DNA of 64,000 nucleotides from Octopus vulgaris (Eukaryota), in assembly GCA_951406725.2 (NCBI GenBank), contig OX597817.1, forward strand, positions 104,656,001 to 104,720,000, in the 5' to 3' direction. Within the stretch, counting starts at the first letter, position 1. The number at the start of each line of letters is the position of its first letter. Both the position numbers and the translations under genes were made by a program. The notes beneath the pieces were generated by a model. That model did not search any database, was not told the DNA's origin, and saw nothing but the letters and a program-made list of their open reading frames with translations. Below, one piece after another: positions 39,852 to 53,399 of the stretch.

Positions 39852-40283
39852 TCCTTTCTCCTTATGACAGGATTAACTATGTTAACCATCTATCTTCTCT
39901 GCAGCAAGACAACTGTTTCTGTCCATCTGTCATACTCCAATCTCTCATCACCTGGCACAAAGCTACCGCCAACAATACCACCCCACATTTCAAAGGATCT
40001 TCCTCTTGCAAGTTACTTGATGACCTCACTGGTCACATAAATAAGCATCTAGTCAATTCTGTAAGGTGGTTGGTGTTTGGAAGGGCATCCAACCATAAAA
40101 ACTATGTCAAAACAGATCTCACTAGTGCTGGTGCTATGTAAAAAACACCCAGTTCCCTCTGTAATGTAGCTGGTGCCAGGAAGGGCATCCAGCTATAAAA
40201 ACCATGTCAAAACAGATGGTGAAGCCTGATGCAGTCTTCTGGCTTGCTATCCCCTGTCATCAAGTAACATATTTAAAACATAA

Positions 40284-40326
40284 ATATTCTTGACAAGTCA
40301 TACAATGACGAAAACCGGTTGAATAA
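40284..40326 (+). ncRNA. Decayed minimal hammerhead motif followed by AT-rich tail and (TA)n
   Basis: AUUC-UUGACAA-GUCAU aca AUGAC-GAAA-ACCGG-UU-GAAU. Stems I and II perfect; core has two changes from CUGACGA. Confidence 0.5.
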
Positions 40327-40413
40327 ATATATATTTATATATTTTATCAATTTCTCATTTTATTAAAATTTTCTTTCATTTGAGCATTCTGCATTTTTAA
40401 AAAAATTTTTCCT

Positions 40414-40440
<27 letters not shown>

Positions 40441-40444
<4 letters not shown>

Positions 40445-40885
40445 AGTGGTATCGTTAAGTTTTCAGTTTGTACTAGCCTTTGTCTCATGACAATGTGCTT
40501 GCTTGCCCCACCCTAAAGAGAATAGATTTTTTTTTTAACAAAAAAGAACAAAATGGTACTTGTTCCACATAAACACACTGTACTCACCTGACCTGTTTGC
40601 TTGTAACTGTTTTCTGAAATAAAATTGAATTTGAACAGCAACTATTTTAAGACAGTTGATGAAACTGAAAGGGAATTACAAATGGCATTGGACAGTTTCA
40701 GGAAGATGACTTCCATAATGCTTTTAAGATGTTGAAAATATGCTGGGATTGTTGTGTACAATCCCAAGGGAACTATTTCAAAGGGGATGGTGCCTGAATA
40801 TAAATAATAAATAAAATACATTATTTACTGGAGTATTGGTGTAATTTTTTCAGGCCTGGTTCAGGAAATTCTGATATCACCTTGT
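40441..40885 (+). mobile_element. Mariner-derived non-autonomous element
   Basis: Ends AAGTGGTATC / GATATCACCTTGTA; internal SPDL..CNCFL and GNYFKGD remnants. Confidence 0.55.
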
Positions 40886-41133
40886 AATAAAGATAAAAGT
40901 CTGCACAATATCTTCTACTCTAATGTGTCAAACTAGTTTTATGACACTAATACCAACATAGAAGAGCCATTTATGTGTGTATGTACACCACATGATAGAC
41001 TGTATGTAAATGTGTGTGTGTGTATGATGTGCATATACATATATACATTTATATATGTGTGTGTGTGTGTGTGCATATATACATAAAAATGAAAAGTAAA
41101 AGATTTACAATTGACACATTTTAATTTATAACA

Positions 41134-41518
41134 TTCATCATCATCATTTAACGTTTGCTTTCCATGCTAGCATGGGTTGGACGATTTGACTGAGGACTGG
41201 CGAACCAGATGGCTGCACCAGGCTCCAATCTTGATCTGGCAGAGTTTCTACAGCTGGATGCCCTTCCTAACGCCAACCACTCCAAGAGTGTAGTGGGTGC
41301 TTTTACGTGCCAACGGCACGAGGGCCAGTCAGGTGGTACTGGAAACGGCCACGCTGAAATGGTGTTTTTTTACATGCCACCTGCACAGGAGCCAGTCCAG
41401 CAGCACTGGCAACGACCTCACTTGAATGTTTTTTCACATACCACCGGCACAAGTGCCAATAAGGCGATGCTGGTAGCGATCACGCTTGAATGGTGCTTTT
41501 TACGTGCCACCGGCACGT
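41134..41518 (-). mobile_element. RTE 3'-UTR-only insertion; similar pieces ~52076-52500 (-), 44070-44360 (-), 40050-40260 (+), 53130-53365 (+), 19116-19264
   Basis: Reverse complement of 13260-13418 (GGAAGGGCATCCAGCTGTAGAAAC..CCAACCCATGCTAGCATGGAAAG) with a (GAT)n tail and diverged array units. Confidence 0.85.
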
Positions 41519-41523
41519 ATTAT

Positions 41524-41680
41524 TATAATATAATATAAATATAAATATCATAATCCTATAATTGCTTCATTTCAGACCCAATAATGAATTTATAAAAATT
41601 CATGTTTAATGGGTCTGACTTGAAGCAATTGTAGGATCATTATATTTATATTATATTATATTATATTATATTATATTATA
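41524..41680. repeat. Imperfect ~140-bp fold-back
   Basis: 41553-41580 pairs with 41610-41637 (25/28); inner ATGAATTT/AAATTCAT; outer AT-rich arms. Confidence 0.8.
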
Positions 41681-41896
41681 ACAATATCATAATATTATGT
41701 TAATAAATTAAAATATGTCAATAAATTTGTATATTGAATATATACCCATTTGAATTGTGGAAAAGTTTATCTCTGCTATATTGAGTATAAAACTGCTAAA
41801 CCAGTGAAAAATTGGACGTTTCCATCCCTATAGAGGAGAATGTTTTCCTTGCATTGGATTTTAATTTTATATACTTCAGAACATTCTGAATTCAAT

Positions 41897-43985
41897 ATGG
41901 GTGGCATGTGCAGCATCAGTACCACGCAAGCACAAAAAACCCACCCAATAGTGCAATTTGGGAGACTGCAGCAGTCCGACTTGCCAGGAAAGAACGCCAT
42001 GATGCTGAACAGGAATACAAATTGCACAAATCAGAGATCAACAGGAAAAAACGCAATAGATCAGCCAACCACCTCAAGCAGGTGACAAAAAAGGCAGTGC
42101 TTGGATTCGAACAACGCATAGCAACCAACCCTGACAGCAAAGTGTTCTGGAAGTATGTACACTCAATGCAGAGACCTCACTCTCCAGTTGGTCCCCTTCG
42201 CAATCCTCACACAGGGCAGATTACTGGCAATCCCAAAAGAATGTGCAGAAATCATTGCTGGATGCTATGCAGGCATTTTTACTGTTGAAGATCAAAATGT
42301 TCTACCTCCATCACCTCTGACACCGGACTCCATATCTACTATGAAATTTACACCAGCAATGCTACAACACCACCTTAAGAATAAACACAACTATGCCTCT
42401 CCTGGTCTTGATGGTGTTACATACCTACTTCTCAAACACAGTGGGTACTTTCTTCTAAGCCAACTTTCTCTATTCTTCCAATTCTGTCTTGACAATGTTA
42501 CTCCAGAGCAGTGGAAAACTGCCAGTGTTACCCTATGTTCAAAAAAGGTGACCGCACATCGCCTGTCAACTATTGCCCCATTAGTCTTACTAGCTGCATC
42601 ACCAAACTGATGGAATCCTGTATCAGGGAAACCCTCTGAAACTTCTGGAAGTCTCACCGCCTCATCCAGCCGTCACAATTTGGTTTTATTCCTAACTCCA
42701 GCTGCTGTAATCAACTCATCTAGTTTCTTGAGGACGTTACCCAAATCACTAATCGCGGATCCTGGATGGATGTCATTTACCTGGACTTTGCTAAGGCTTT
42801 TAACTCTGTGCCACACAAAAAAACTTATGGTGTAAGAGACGATCTCTATAACTGTTGAAGTCCTTTATTATCGGCCGAAAAGAGGTTGTCACAGTTCTAG
42901 GACAGCACCCTTCACCCTATGAGATGACATCTGGTGTACAACAGGGATCTGTTCTTGGCTCCCTTTTATTTGCAGCATATGTTAATGACATAGATTCCAA
43001 CTTAAAGAATGCCACAGTGCTGAAATATGCAGATGACATCAAGCTGTACCTCGAAATAAAGAAGTCAGCTCCTGTACACTATAGATCTCTATTGCAATCA
43101 GACCTGGACACAATGCAGCAGTGGATCATGGACTGGCAACTCAAGCTGGCTATGAACAAATGTACCACCATGCATTTTGGGAAGAAAAACCCAGCATCTA
43201 CTTACTCCCTCCACAACACTAATCTCAAAAAGTCTTCATGTGAACATGACCTGGGCGTTATTGTCAACAGCGATTTGCGTTGGACAAAACACCGCTAAAA
43301 TTGCCAAGAAAGCTGAGGGTGTCTTGGCATCACTTACCAAGTCCTTTGTGAGCCGCTCTCTGGCTATCTATCTGTGGCTTTATATAGCTAAGGTAAGACC
43401 TCACCTGGAATTTGCATCACCGGTCTGGAACCCCTATCTTACCCAGGATATTAATCGTCTGGAAGCCGTTCAGCAACGTGCAACCAAGAGAATACCCTCC
43501 ATCAGGCATTTACCATATTCTGAACGCCTTACTTCCCTGGGCCTGGACACATTGAAACTCCGACGTCTGGCAGCTGACTTGGCAGACACCCATAAAATTA
43601 TTAACCATCTTACAAACAGTAACTATGAGCACCTTTTCAAAATCCACCTGTCTAACACCCATGGACATGTTTACAAAGTCAGAAAACAACATAGCTCCCA
43701 TGACTTTCGGAAACATTTTTTCACGCTAAGAGTTGCTGAAGTATGGAACAAACTGCTGGCATCAGTTGTTAGTTGTCAGAGCACTGCATCTTTCAAAACT
43801 TCCATGCTTCCTGAGATTCACCAACACTACACCTGATTTTCTCCCCTCCATACACACGCAAGCATGTATCTGACTCATACACTGTTCGTTTTCCAGACAT
43901 TTGTACATTACTGCATATACTTTATATGCACTTTTTGACAAGTTGTGGTGCACCTGAGCACTGTATACAATAATTTTATTATTAT

Positions 43986-43988
<3 letters not shown>
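41897..43988 (+). mobile_element. CR1-clade LINE 3' fragment, frameshifted
   Basis: FWKYV, SPGLDG, YLDFAKAF, SGVQQGSVLG, YADD, RPHLEFASPVWNP, LEAVQQRATK, FFTLRVAEVWNKL; (ATT)n tail. Confidence 0.9.
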
Positions 43989-44019
<31 letters not shown>

Positions 44020-44789
44020 TGTATGTATGCATGTATGTATGTATGTATGTATGTATATATGTATGTATGTAATCATCATCCTCATCATCGTTTAATATCT
44101 CTCTTCCATGCTGGCATGGGTTGGACAGTGTGACAGGAGCTGGCTAGGCAGGAGCCTGTACCAGACTTCTGTGTCTGTTTTGGCATAGTTTTTACACCAG
44201 TATGCCCTTCCTAATACCAACCCCCCACTAGGGTGGACAGAGTGCTTTTTGCATGGAATAAGCACAGGCAAGGTCAGTTTTGGCATGGTTTTTACAACTG
44301 GATGCATTTCCAAATGCCAACCACTTTACAGTGTGGAGCAGAAGCTTTTTGATTTGAGTGGCATCAAACACTGGCAGGGTTACCAAGTAACATTCAAGAC
44401 AAAGATCCTCTGAGGGAGAAGAGGGGGTGTTAGAGAAAGAAGACAAAGATCCTTTGAAAGATTGGAGGAGGTGATCTTGTGTCAGATGATGAAATTGTAA
44501 CCGAGGGACAAAAAAAAAGTACATGTTTTGGGGACTCAGATTGATACCCAACACTCTGAAATGTTCATATTGGAGCTTTCAGTGCAAATGCCATGCAGTA
44601 CAGCATGTCCTTTCCAAGTTCTTGGCAGAGTAAATTACGTCATGGTGCTGTTTTTCTCACAGACAGTGCCCAACTGGCCCTATTGTACTGTGTAGTCGAG
44701 AAAATCAAAAATAAACAATGTGCATGCATAAAATTAAAGATATAAAATGGCAACAATTTACCCATCACACCCTGTATATGTATGTGTGT

Positions 44790-45853
44790 GTTGTTGTTGT
44801 TGTTGTTGTTGGCTGCATCTCGTGTTTCCGAGCTTGCAATCCAGTTCATTTTCCTAGGTGTTTGAACCGCAGATGGCTTCACAATCCAAGGGTTGCATGA
44901 AACATACGGGGATATTGTGGACAAGGGATAGAAGGGGCTGGTTTGGGAAGGAGAAGGTGCTGCTTTCTCTCCCGTCTCTTGAGTTCAGCTTTTGCGACTC
45001 GGGCTTTCTCAAAGTCTGCAGAACCTGTTTTGATGGTGTGTCTCCAGAGGGTTCTGTGCGGGGTGAATGTTGGTGCTCTTCAGGGTTGATTTGAGTTGGT
45101 CCTTGTACCACCTCAAGGGGGCTCAATGAGGACGTTTTCCTTCAGACAGTTCACCATAGAGACAGATCTTGGGAAGGCAATGTTCATTCATCCGACGGAC
45201 GTGACCTGACCATCGGAGACGATGTTCAATGATCAAGGCTTTGATGCTCAGGAGACCTGATCTTTCAAGCACAGAGTTGTTGGTGATGGAATCTTCCCAG
45301 TTGATGTTCAGGATAGAGTGAAGTTTGGATTGATGAAAGCACTCTAGTTTCTTCATGTCCCTACTCAAATGTAGATTTGATGGGGACTTTTTAACATCTT
45401 GCATTTCTAATCAAGACATGTCTGTTGAGAGCACAAGATCACTAAGCTTCAATACACTGATAATAACGCAGCCCCAGCTTCAAAAGCAGAAGACGTCCAA
45501 ACCTCAATAAACAACTTCAGCAGAGCTTATCAAACCTTCGGCCTGAAAGTGAACATCGCCAAAACCAAAGTACTGGCTCAACCAGTTCCTCATACCAACC
45601 TTGACAACCCCAACATCGCCATCAACAACCAATCAATTGAGGATGTTGAGGATTTCTGCTATTTTGGAAGTTTTCTGTCACCCACTACAGGATCTGATAA
45701 GGATATTGAACATTGCATCCAATCAGGTCATGCTTCTTTTTGTCATTTCAAAACCAGGGTCTTTTGCAACAAGGATCTGACATTCAAAACAAAGCTCATG
45801 ATCTATCGAGCTGTTGTCGTATCAACTCTGCTGTATTGGTGTGAAACCCGGAC
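44790..45853 (-). mobile_element. RTE/BovB-like LINE fragment with inverted 5' segment
   Basis: Minus-strand 3' part 45365-44790 (RDMKKLE..RLRWSGHVRRM..YGEL, (CAA)n tail). Plus-strand upstream part ~45368-45858 (LQYTD, KTKVL, STLLYWCET). TGTATGTGTGT duplicated at 44779-44789 and 45854-45864. Confidence 0.85.
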
Positions 45854-45875
45854 TGTATGTGTGTATATATATATA

Positions 45876-47089
45876 CTGGGGCATCTCATAAATAATGTAG
45901 TTTTTTTCAATTGCATGAACTAAAAGTTGGAGGGGGATGGGACAAACTACCTGCATCAACTTGCTATAAAAGCAGGTAGTAATTTTACCCTGTTTTTTTA
46001 TTCTTAGTGCAAGTTTTGAAGTGTTGAAGTATGTAGTTTGATTTTAAGAGTTAATTTTTCAAAGCTATAATGAAAGTGACAAAGGAGCATATTCAGCATA
46101 TTTTGCTTTATGAGTTCAATAAAGGCAACAATACAACAGAAATTGTGAAGAATATTAATGCAGTATATAGGGATTGGGCAATAAGCACAAGCCAGTGTCA
46201 ATGGTGGCTCCAGAAATTCCAAGCCTACAGCCTAGAAGACGAGCCTCATCTTGGAAGATCTGTAGAGCTTGACAACAACGTCCTGTAAACTCTGATGGAA
46301 CAAAATCCCATCATAACTGTTGAGGATCTATCAGAGATGCTTGAATTTATTTATTCAACCATTCATCAGCACCTGCATGCCATCAGAAAAGTGAGCAAAT
46401 TGGGTCGATGGGTTCTTCACAAACTTTCCAAGTCTAATCACGTGCAGAGAGTGAATGTGTGCTCTTCTTTGATGTTATGTCTCACAAATGAACCTTTTTG
46501 AGAGTGAATAGTGACTGGTGACGAGAAATGTGTTCTCTATAAAAATGTCAAGTGCCAAAGACAGTGGGAAGGGAAAAGAGAAACACCAGCACCCCAGACT
46601 AAAGAAGGTCTTCATCCACGTAAGGTGCTGTTATCTGTTTGATGAGATACAAAAGGTTTAGTCCACTTTGAACTTTTAAGTCCAAACCAAACAATAACAA
46701 AGGAGATCTACTGTGAGCAGCTTGAGCAGCTTGAGCAGCTTAAGTCAACACTTGAAGAAAAATGACCATCTTTGGTTTCAAGATAAATGGTGTTCTTCCA
46801 TCAGGATAATGCTTGGCCACATACAGCGAGGATGACATTCCAAAGGCTGGAGTAGTTTGAATGGGAAATGATGCCCCACCCTCTACATTCACTAGACATT
46901 GCCCTATCTGATTATCATTTATTCCACAGTCTCCAAAATCATTTGGACTGAAAACGTATGAATTCTGTAGACAAGGTCAGAACAGCACTGGGGGAGTATT
47001 TTTTATCACAGACAAGTGAATTTTGAAAGAGATGCCTTGCAAGTCTACCAGATAGATAGAAGAGCATTGTAGAAAATGAAGGAGAGTAA
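45876..47089 (+). mobile_element. Mariner relic, many stops, 3' TIR not found
   Basis: MKVTKEHIQHILLYEF, WVLHKL, TGDEK, HQDNAWPH, YSLDIALSDY motifs. Confidence 0.85.
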
Positions 47090-47136
47090 TTTTATCTCAG
47101 AGTAACAACAAATTTGAATCAAACTGTTCTGATCCA

Positions 47137-47167
<31 letters not shown>

Positions 47168-47686
47168 ATATATAAATTCCTCTATTTACATAATATCGAG
47201 GTCTCATTCATTCTTTTGTTGTCATACTATTACTATTAATAAAATATATATGTGTGTGTGTGTGTGAGTGTGTGTATATATATACACACAGGAGGCGCAG
47301 GAGTGGCTGTGTGGTAAGTAGCTTGCTAACCAGCCACATGGTTCCGGGTGGAGTGATGATTTCAAGAGGACGATTGGGATCACGTGGATGAGAAAGGCGC
47401 GATCCAGAGAGGAGTGGACAGCGTGCTGTGACCAGCGGTGTCAAATGGATGCCTGACGGACTGGTCAGTCAAAGTGATCAAAGTAATATATATATATATA
47501 TGTGATATTGTAACTTCGATATCAAAAAAAGTGTGTAACCTTCAATGCCAATAAATTGTTATTGTTCCTGACTATACACTATCCACTTTTTGTTTTTGTA
47601 TACCTGCCATAGACTACTTGAAGTTTACAAACTTCCTACACTTAGAACCCTGATCTTACCCTTACATATATATATATATATATAAT

Positions 47687-47717
<31 letters not shown>

Positions 47718-47724
47718 TCTATAA

Positions 47725-47755
<31 letters not shown>

Positions 47756-48027
47756 TGTATGTTTGTGACTATGTCTATATGTATATCTCGACATTGTGTG
47801 ATAGCTGCAAATGAGTATCACCATCACACAGGTGGTGTCATCCAGTTGCAATATTTGATGAAAGCATATCTGGCCATGGAGAAAATATTACTTTGCTTGG
47901 AAACAGATAAGGGTTGGTTTGAGGAAGGGTATCTGATGTTTGAAAATCTGCTTTGATGAATTTCATCTCACCCATGCATATATAGAAAAGTGTGCATTAA
48001 AACAAAAAATGACAATGATGATGATAC

Positions 48028-48060
<33 letters not shown>

Positions 48061-48113
48061 CAACGACAACGACGACGACTAATAATAATTCATAACAAAT
48101 TATTAGGAAAATA

Positions 48114-48969
48114 CAAGGGGGTACTGAAAAGTTCCTGGTTTTGAGGGTATCTGGGGATTTCCTGCAAAAGAGTTAGCCACATCATCCACAACATTCTGGA
48201 CATGAGATAGCTTTCTGCAAAATGGGTGCTGAAATGCCTGAATGAGATCAGAAGCGCATCAGAATGACAACATTAAAGGCAATTTTGGACCAGTTTGCAG
48301 TAGGAGAGGCTGATTTTATGGCTTGTTTAATCACCATGGATGAAACTTATCTTCATTATGTTCCCCAGCGCAAGCAACAATTAATGGAGTGGTGCCACAG
48401 CAGTTCACCATGTCCCAAAAAGTTGTAGATCCAAAAATCAACAAGAAAGATTCTGACTTCAGTATTCTGGGACAAAGACAGAGTACTCCTCATAAAATAC
48501 TTGCCAAAGGGCTGCACCATCAGTACAGACCAATAATGCATGTCTCTGTTGGATGGACTGGATGAAGCTTTGAAACAGAAATGCTGTGGTGTCCTGTTTT
48601 TGCAAGGCAATGCACCAGCACTCACAGTATATGAAACTCTATGGAAAATACACAACTTTGGCTTCAAATTGGTAGATGACCCGTCTTACTCTCCTGACTT
48701 GGCCCTCTCCAACTATCACCTCTTTCCACAACTGAAGAAACATTTCAAGGGAATGAAATTTCACTCTGATTCAGAAGCGATTGCTGTTACAAAGGCCTGG
48801 TTGGAGATCCAAACTTACGAGTTCTTTTTGCAGGGTTTAGAAAAACTGAAGGACCACTTTAATAAATGTGTGTGAATCTGAAAGGGGAATATGTTGAGTA
48901 AAATCATAATTAACTGATCCTCATGTATTTTCTTTTACTCAAAGCCAAGAACTTTTCAGCATCCCCACA
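48114..48969 (+). mobile_element. Internally deleted mariner
   Basis: TIRs GGGGGTACTGAAAAGTTCCTGG / CCAAGAACTTTTCAGCATCCCC; TMDET and YSPDLALSNYHLF motifs. Confidence 0.85.
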
Positions 48970-49466
48970 TATATATTGATAGGTAATTTTATTATATTGT
49001 TAGTGATCTCTTGGCATTCATGACTGCATATTTTGTTCATTAGACAAATGTATTCATGCAACCTACAGAAAAAAATTCAGTGCTTTCTAAAAAATTTCGG
49101 CAAAAAATACAATAGCTACACCATCTTTCTGAATTATATGATAATGAGATTGTGTCTAGACTTGATAATGTTTTAGTTGTGGGAGAAATTTCAGGCAAAG
49201 TTCACATACATCTACATATATGCACACACAGACACATATAGTTTATATCTCTCATACACAAATGTGTTTTAAACTGGTACAACCTGTTTTTGATCAGTAA
49301 AAACATGCAAATAAAGAGACCACTTTTCTAGGTTACCTGTTGAAAGAGGATAGATACCTAAAGAGATATTACGACATTATGACACTGTATTGAAATTACA
49401 GCAGGGAGGGAATGTAAGTGAATAGATTTACTCTACTATGAATAAATGAATTCATATGTGTATATA

Positions 49467-49517
<51 letters not shown>

Positions 49518-49917
49518 GCATGTATATATGTATTTATGTATGTATATATGTATGTATATACATATCTTTTATTTTTATATTTTACCAGTTTCAGTCAGTA
49601 GACTGTGGCTATACTGGAGCACCACCTTAAAGAATTCTAATACAAAAAAATCGACCCCAAGACTTTACTTTTTTTAAGCCTGATATTTATTCTCTCGGTC
49701 CCATTTGCTGAACCACCAAGTTATGGGGATGTAAATACACCAACACCAGTTGTCAAGCAGTGGTGAGAACAAACACAGACAAAAAGATACACCCACACAC
49801 ACATGCATAATATAACACGAGGTTGGAAGATACCTGGCTTTAATAGCAAATCATTATGAGGTTATTACCTGGATTGTACTAAATATATATATCTATATAA
49901 GTTATATATATATATGT

Positions 49918-50428
49918 AAAATCTGGTGGAGTGGGATATGGCCTAGTCACCCATATACTTAAGCAGGTTGTCCTTGAGGCAGTTGTATCCAATGATTGGT
50001 GGAGCAGGATTATAGTCAGCTACTACAAAAGCAAAGATGATGCCTTACACAGAAATAATTACAGAGGCATTAAATTGCTGGACCAGGTGATGAAAGTTAC
50101 AGAAAGGGTCATAGCTCAATTAATTAGGAAGAGTTAGTGTAGATGAGATGCAGTTTGGATCTGTGCCAGGTAGAGGAATGACTGATGCTATAAGCAACTG
50201 GAAGAGAAGTATTTAGCCAAAAACACCTCTGTACTTCGCTTTTGTCAACACAAAGAAAGCCTTTGACAGGGTTCCCCACTCCCTTATTTGGTGGTCAATG
50301 CAGAAGCTAGGGATAGATGAGTAATTATTGAGAGCTTTACAAGTCATCTACAGGGATGCTGCCAGTAAGGTGAAGGTTGGCAACGAGTATAGCAATGAAT
50401 TCAGTGTACAGGTAGGAATTCACTTATA
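49918..50428 (+). mobile_element. Old RTE RT fragment, same family as 9816-13418
   Basis: NNYRGIKLLDQVMKVTERVIAQLIR is identical to the young RTE; stops downstream. Confidence 0.9.
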
Positions 50429-52502
50429 GAGGAAGGTCTGCAGGTTTTTGGTTGTAGCAGTGATTTGAAATCAAACCACTAGGTAACTGGTCATTCATAA
50501 TGACCAAACCTCAGTAGTTTCATGTGATTTGTCTATTAAGCAACTAATTAGCATGAAATCATAGCATGATTCAATTTTCTAGAATTTTCTTATTAGACCC
50601 TATAAAAACCACTTTTGGTACCAACACTCTTTGCAGAGTATTAAGAGTGGCCAATTCTTTCACATGTCTCACCACTTGACTGGAAAAATGTTGAAGCAAC
50701 TGTGATGTGTCTCCCTTCTTGCCACAGCCAGATGACCAGCAAGATGGTTAAAACAGATGGCAGATAAATGACAGGAATCACCATTACCAGAAATATTGTA
50801 GGTCTCTTCCAGTAGTAATTATTACTGTTATTGTTTATGGAAGACTAAAACAAGTTAAACTCTATGTGCAATAATAAGATCTGTTAATTGTTTGTGGGTG
50901 TTGTCAGTTACTGCTTCATGCAGCCCCAAAAGAACATTTTCATTCATCAGCTTGACCAGTAATCACCTCAGACCAACCAACAATCCATTCATGATATGCT
51001 GATAATGATTTTAATCATGAACGTAACATAAAAATTACAAGAGGAATTTACAAATGAGTTCAGTTCCTGTATAAAGAGATGATCTGTCATAAACAACAAA
51101 CAACTTAGGATAAGTTCTTCAACCCTCAAGATGATGTTCTTGATAATGGACTATAAGAGAGTAAATAGTGTCCCTCATCCTCCTGATAATGCTTATTCCA
51201 TCACCACACTTCACACAATACTCAACATCTTCAGTGGAAAGAATGTACTCTTACAGTGTTACAATCTTATACTAATTTTGCTTGTCATTTTGTTACTTAG
51301 CCCATCCATAATGCTTCCACATGATTAGTTGAAGGGGGAGGGAGAGGTAGTGGTGAGTAAAATGTGTAATTTGTTTTTTTCTGAACTAAGTTCTTTTCCT
51401 CCATTACTTAGTCCGTCTGTAACGCTTTCACATGATTAGTTGAAGAGAAAGGTGAAGAGCAAACGAAAAAGGAGAGAGAAAAAGAGGGTAAGGCAAAGAG
51501 AGAGAGCGATAAAGAGGGAGAATGTTGTGTATTAAGTCTATAAAATTGCGTATAAAGTATATAAAGTGTATATATAAAGTGCATTAGGTAATCATTGTAT
51601 TCCAATTACCCTCAATTTTCAATGATTATCAGGTGACCAACTATCTTTTGATACAGACACAACACAGGCTACGCTTTCAGGTTTTTTGGAAAAAGTTTTC
51701 AGAAATAGCCCAATGAGTTTACCATTAATTCCATGATATATTCACAGGTCCTGTTAGTTTTTATTAATTCCCTAAAGTATTCCTCTTGAAATGCTACTGT
51801 TTTTATGTATCTATAATATATCATGTATCTTTTATCTTTCATCTTTTATTTGTTTCAGTCATTAGACTGTTACCATGCTGGAGCACCACCCAGAAGAATT
51901 TTAGTCAAATGAATTGATCCTAGTATTTTCTTTTTAAGCATGGGACTTATTTTATTGGTTTCTTTTGCTGAACTGCTAAGTTATGGGAACATAAATACAT
52001 CAACACCAGTCATCAAGTGGTGGTGAGGGACAAATGCAGACACAAGGTCATTCACACATAGATATACATATATATCATCATCATTATCATCATTATCATT
52101 TAACGTCTATTGTCCATGCTGGCATGGGTTGGATGATTTGACCAGGGCTGAGGGGCTGCACCAGACTCCAGTCTGATTTGGCATGGTTTCTACAGCTGGA
52201 TGCCCTTCCTAATGCCAACCAATCTGGGGGTTTAATGCATGCTTTTACATGCCACCGGTATGGGTGCTATTTGCATGACACCAGTATCTTCCACAACTCT
52301 GATTTCACTTGGCTTGACGAGTCTACCTTCTCAAGCACAGCATATTGACAAAGGTCTCTGTCATTTGTCATTGCCCCCAAAAGGCCCAGTGCTTGAAAGA
52401 TGCTTTTTACATGCCACTCGCACAGTGCTAGTTACATGACACTGGCATCAACCATATTGCCTCCGTGAGGCCCAACACTTGAAACATGCTTTTTATGTGC
52501 TG

Positions 52503-52583
<81 letters not shown>

Positions 52584-52951
52584 CATATGTACATATGATG
52601 GGCTTCTTTCAGCTTCCATCCAACAAAACCACTCACAAGTCTTTGGTTGACCCAAGGTTATAGCAGAAGACACTTACTCAAGATGCTTCACAGTGGGACT
52701 GTCCCTAGAACCATATGGTTGTGAAGCAAACTTCTTACTGCACAGCCATGCCTGCACCTGAGCATGTTGCTTATTCTCCATTGTTTTCCTGTGCTTTTTT
52801 GGTGAAAATGTCAGTAGGAACGCGATCTCACTTGAGAATATGAAAATGAATGAGAAAATAGATTTTGCATTACAGAATTTCACATTACAGCCAGATTTTC
52901 AGAAAGGCGTTACTTTCATAAAGCGTGGGGTTCCAGTATATGTGAATGTGT

Positions 52952-52993
<42 letters not shown>

Positions 52994-53039
52994 ATGCCCC
53001 AGTATGGCTGCAGTTAAGTGACTGAAACAAGTAAGATAA

Positions 53040-53105
<66 letters not shown>

Positions 53106-53399
53106 GACAAAAGACCAAAACCTCTGGAGATATGCTGTGATTGTGAAGACCTGACAAATGAAGTGAGTTCATAGCTTGCAGGATGGCCTGCTGTGCTAAC
53201 CTTGGATCGTAGGGCAACCTGCTGTGCTTAAGGAGACCTACTGAGTCAAGTACATCAACATCAAAATAAAAATCAAATGGAAATTGTAGTTGTGATACCC
53301 GTACTGGTAACACATAAAAAGCACCATCTGAACGTAGCCGATGCCAGCCTCTTCTGGCCCCTGTACATATGAAGTGGAATTAACGATCAATGAGACTGA

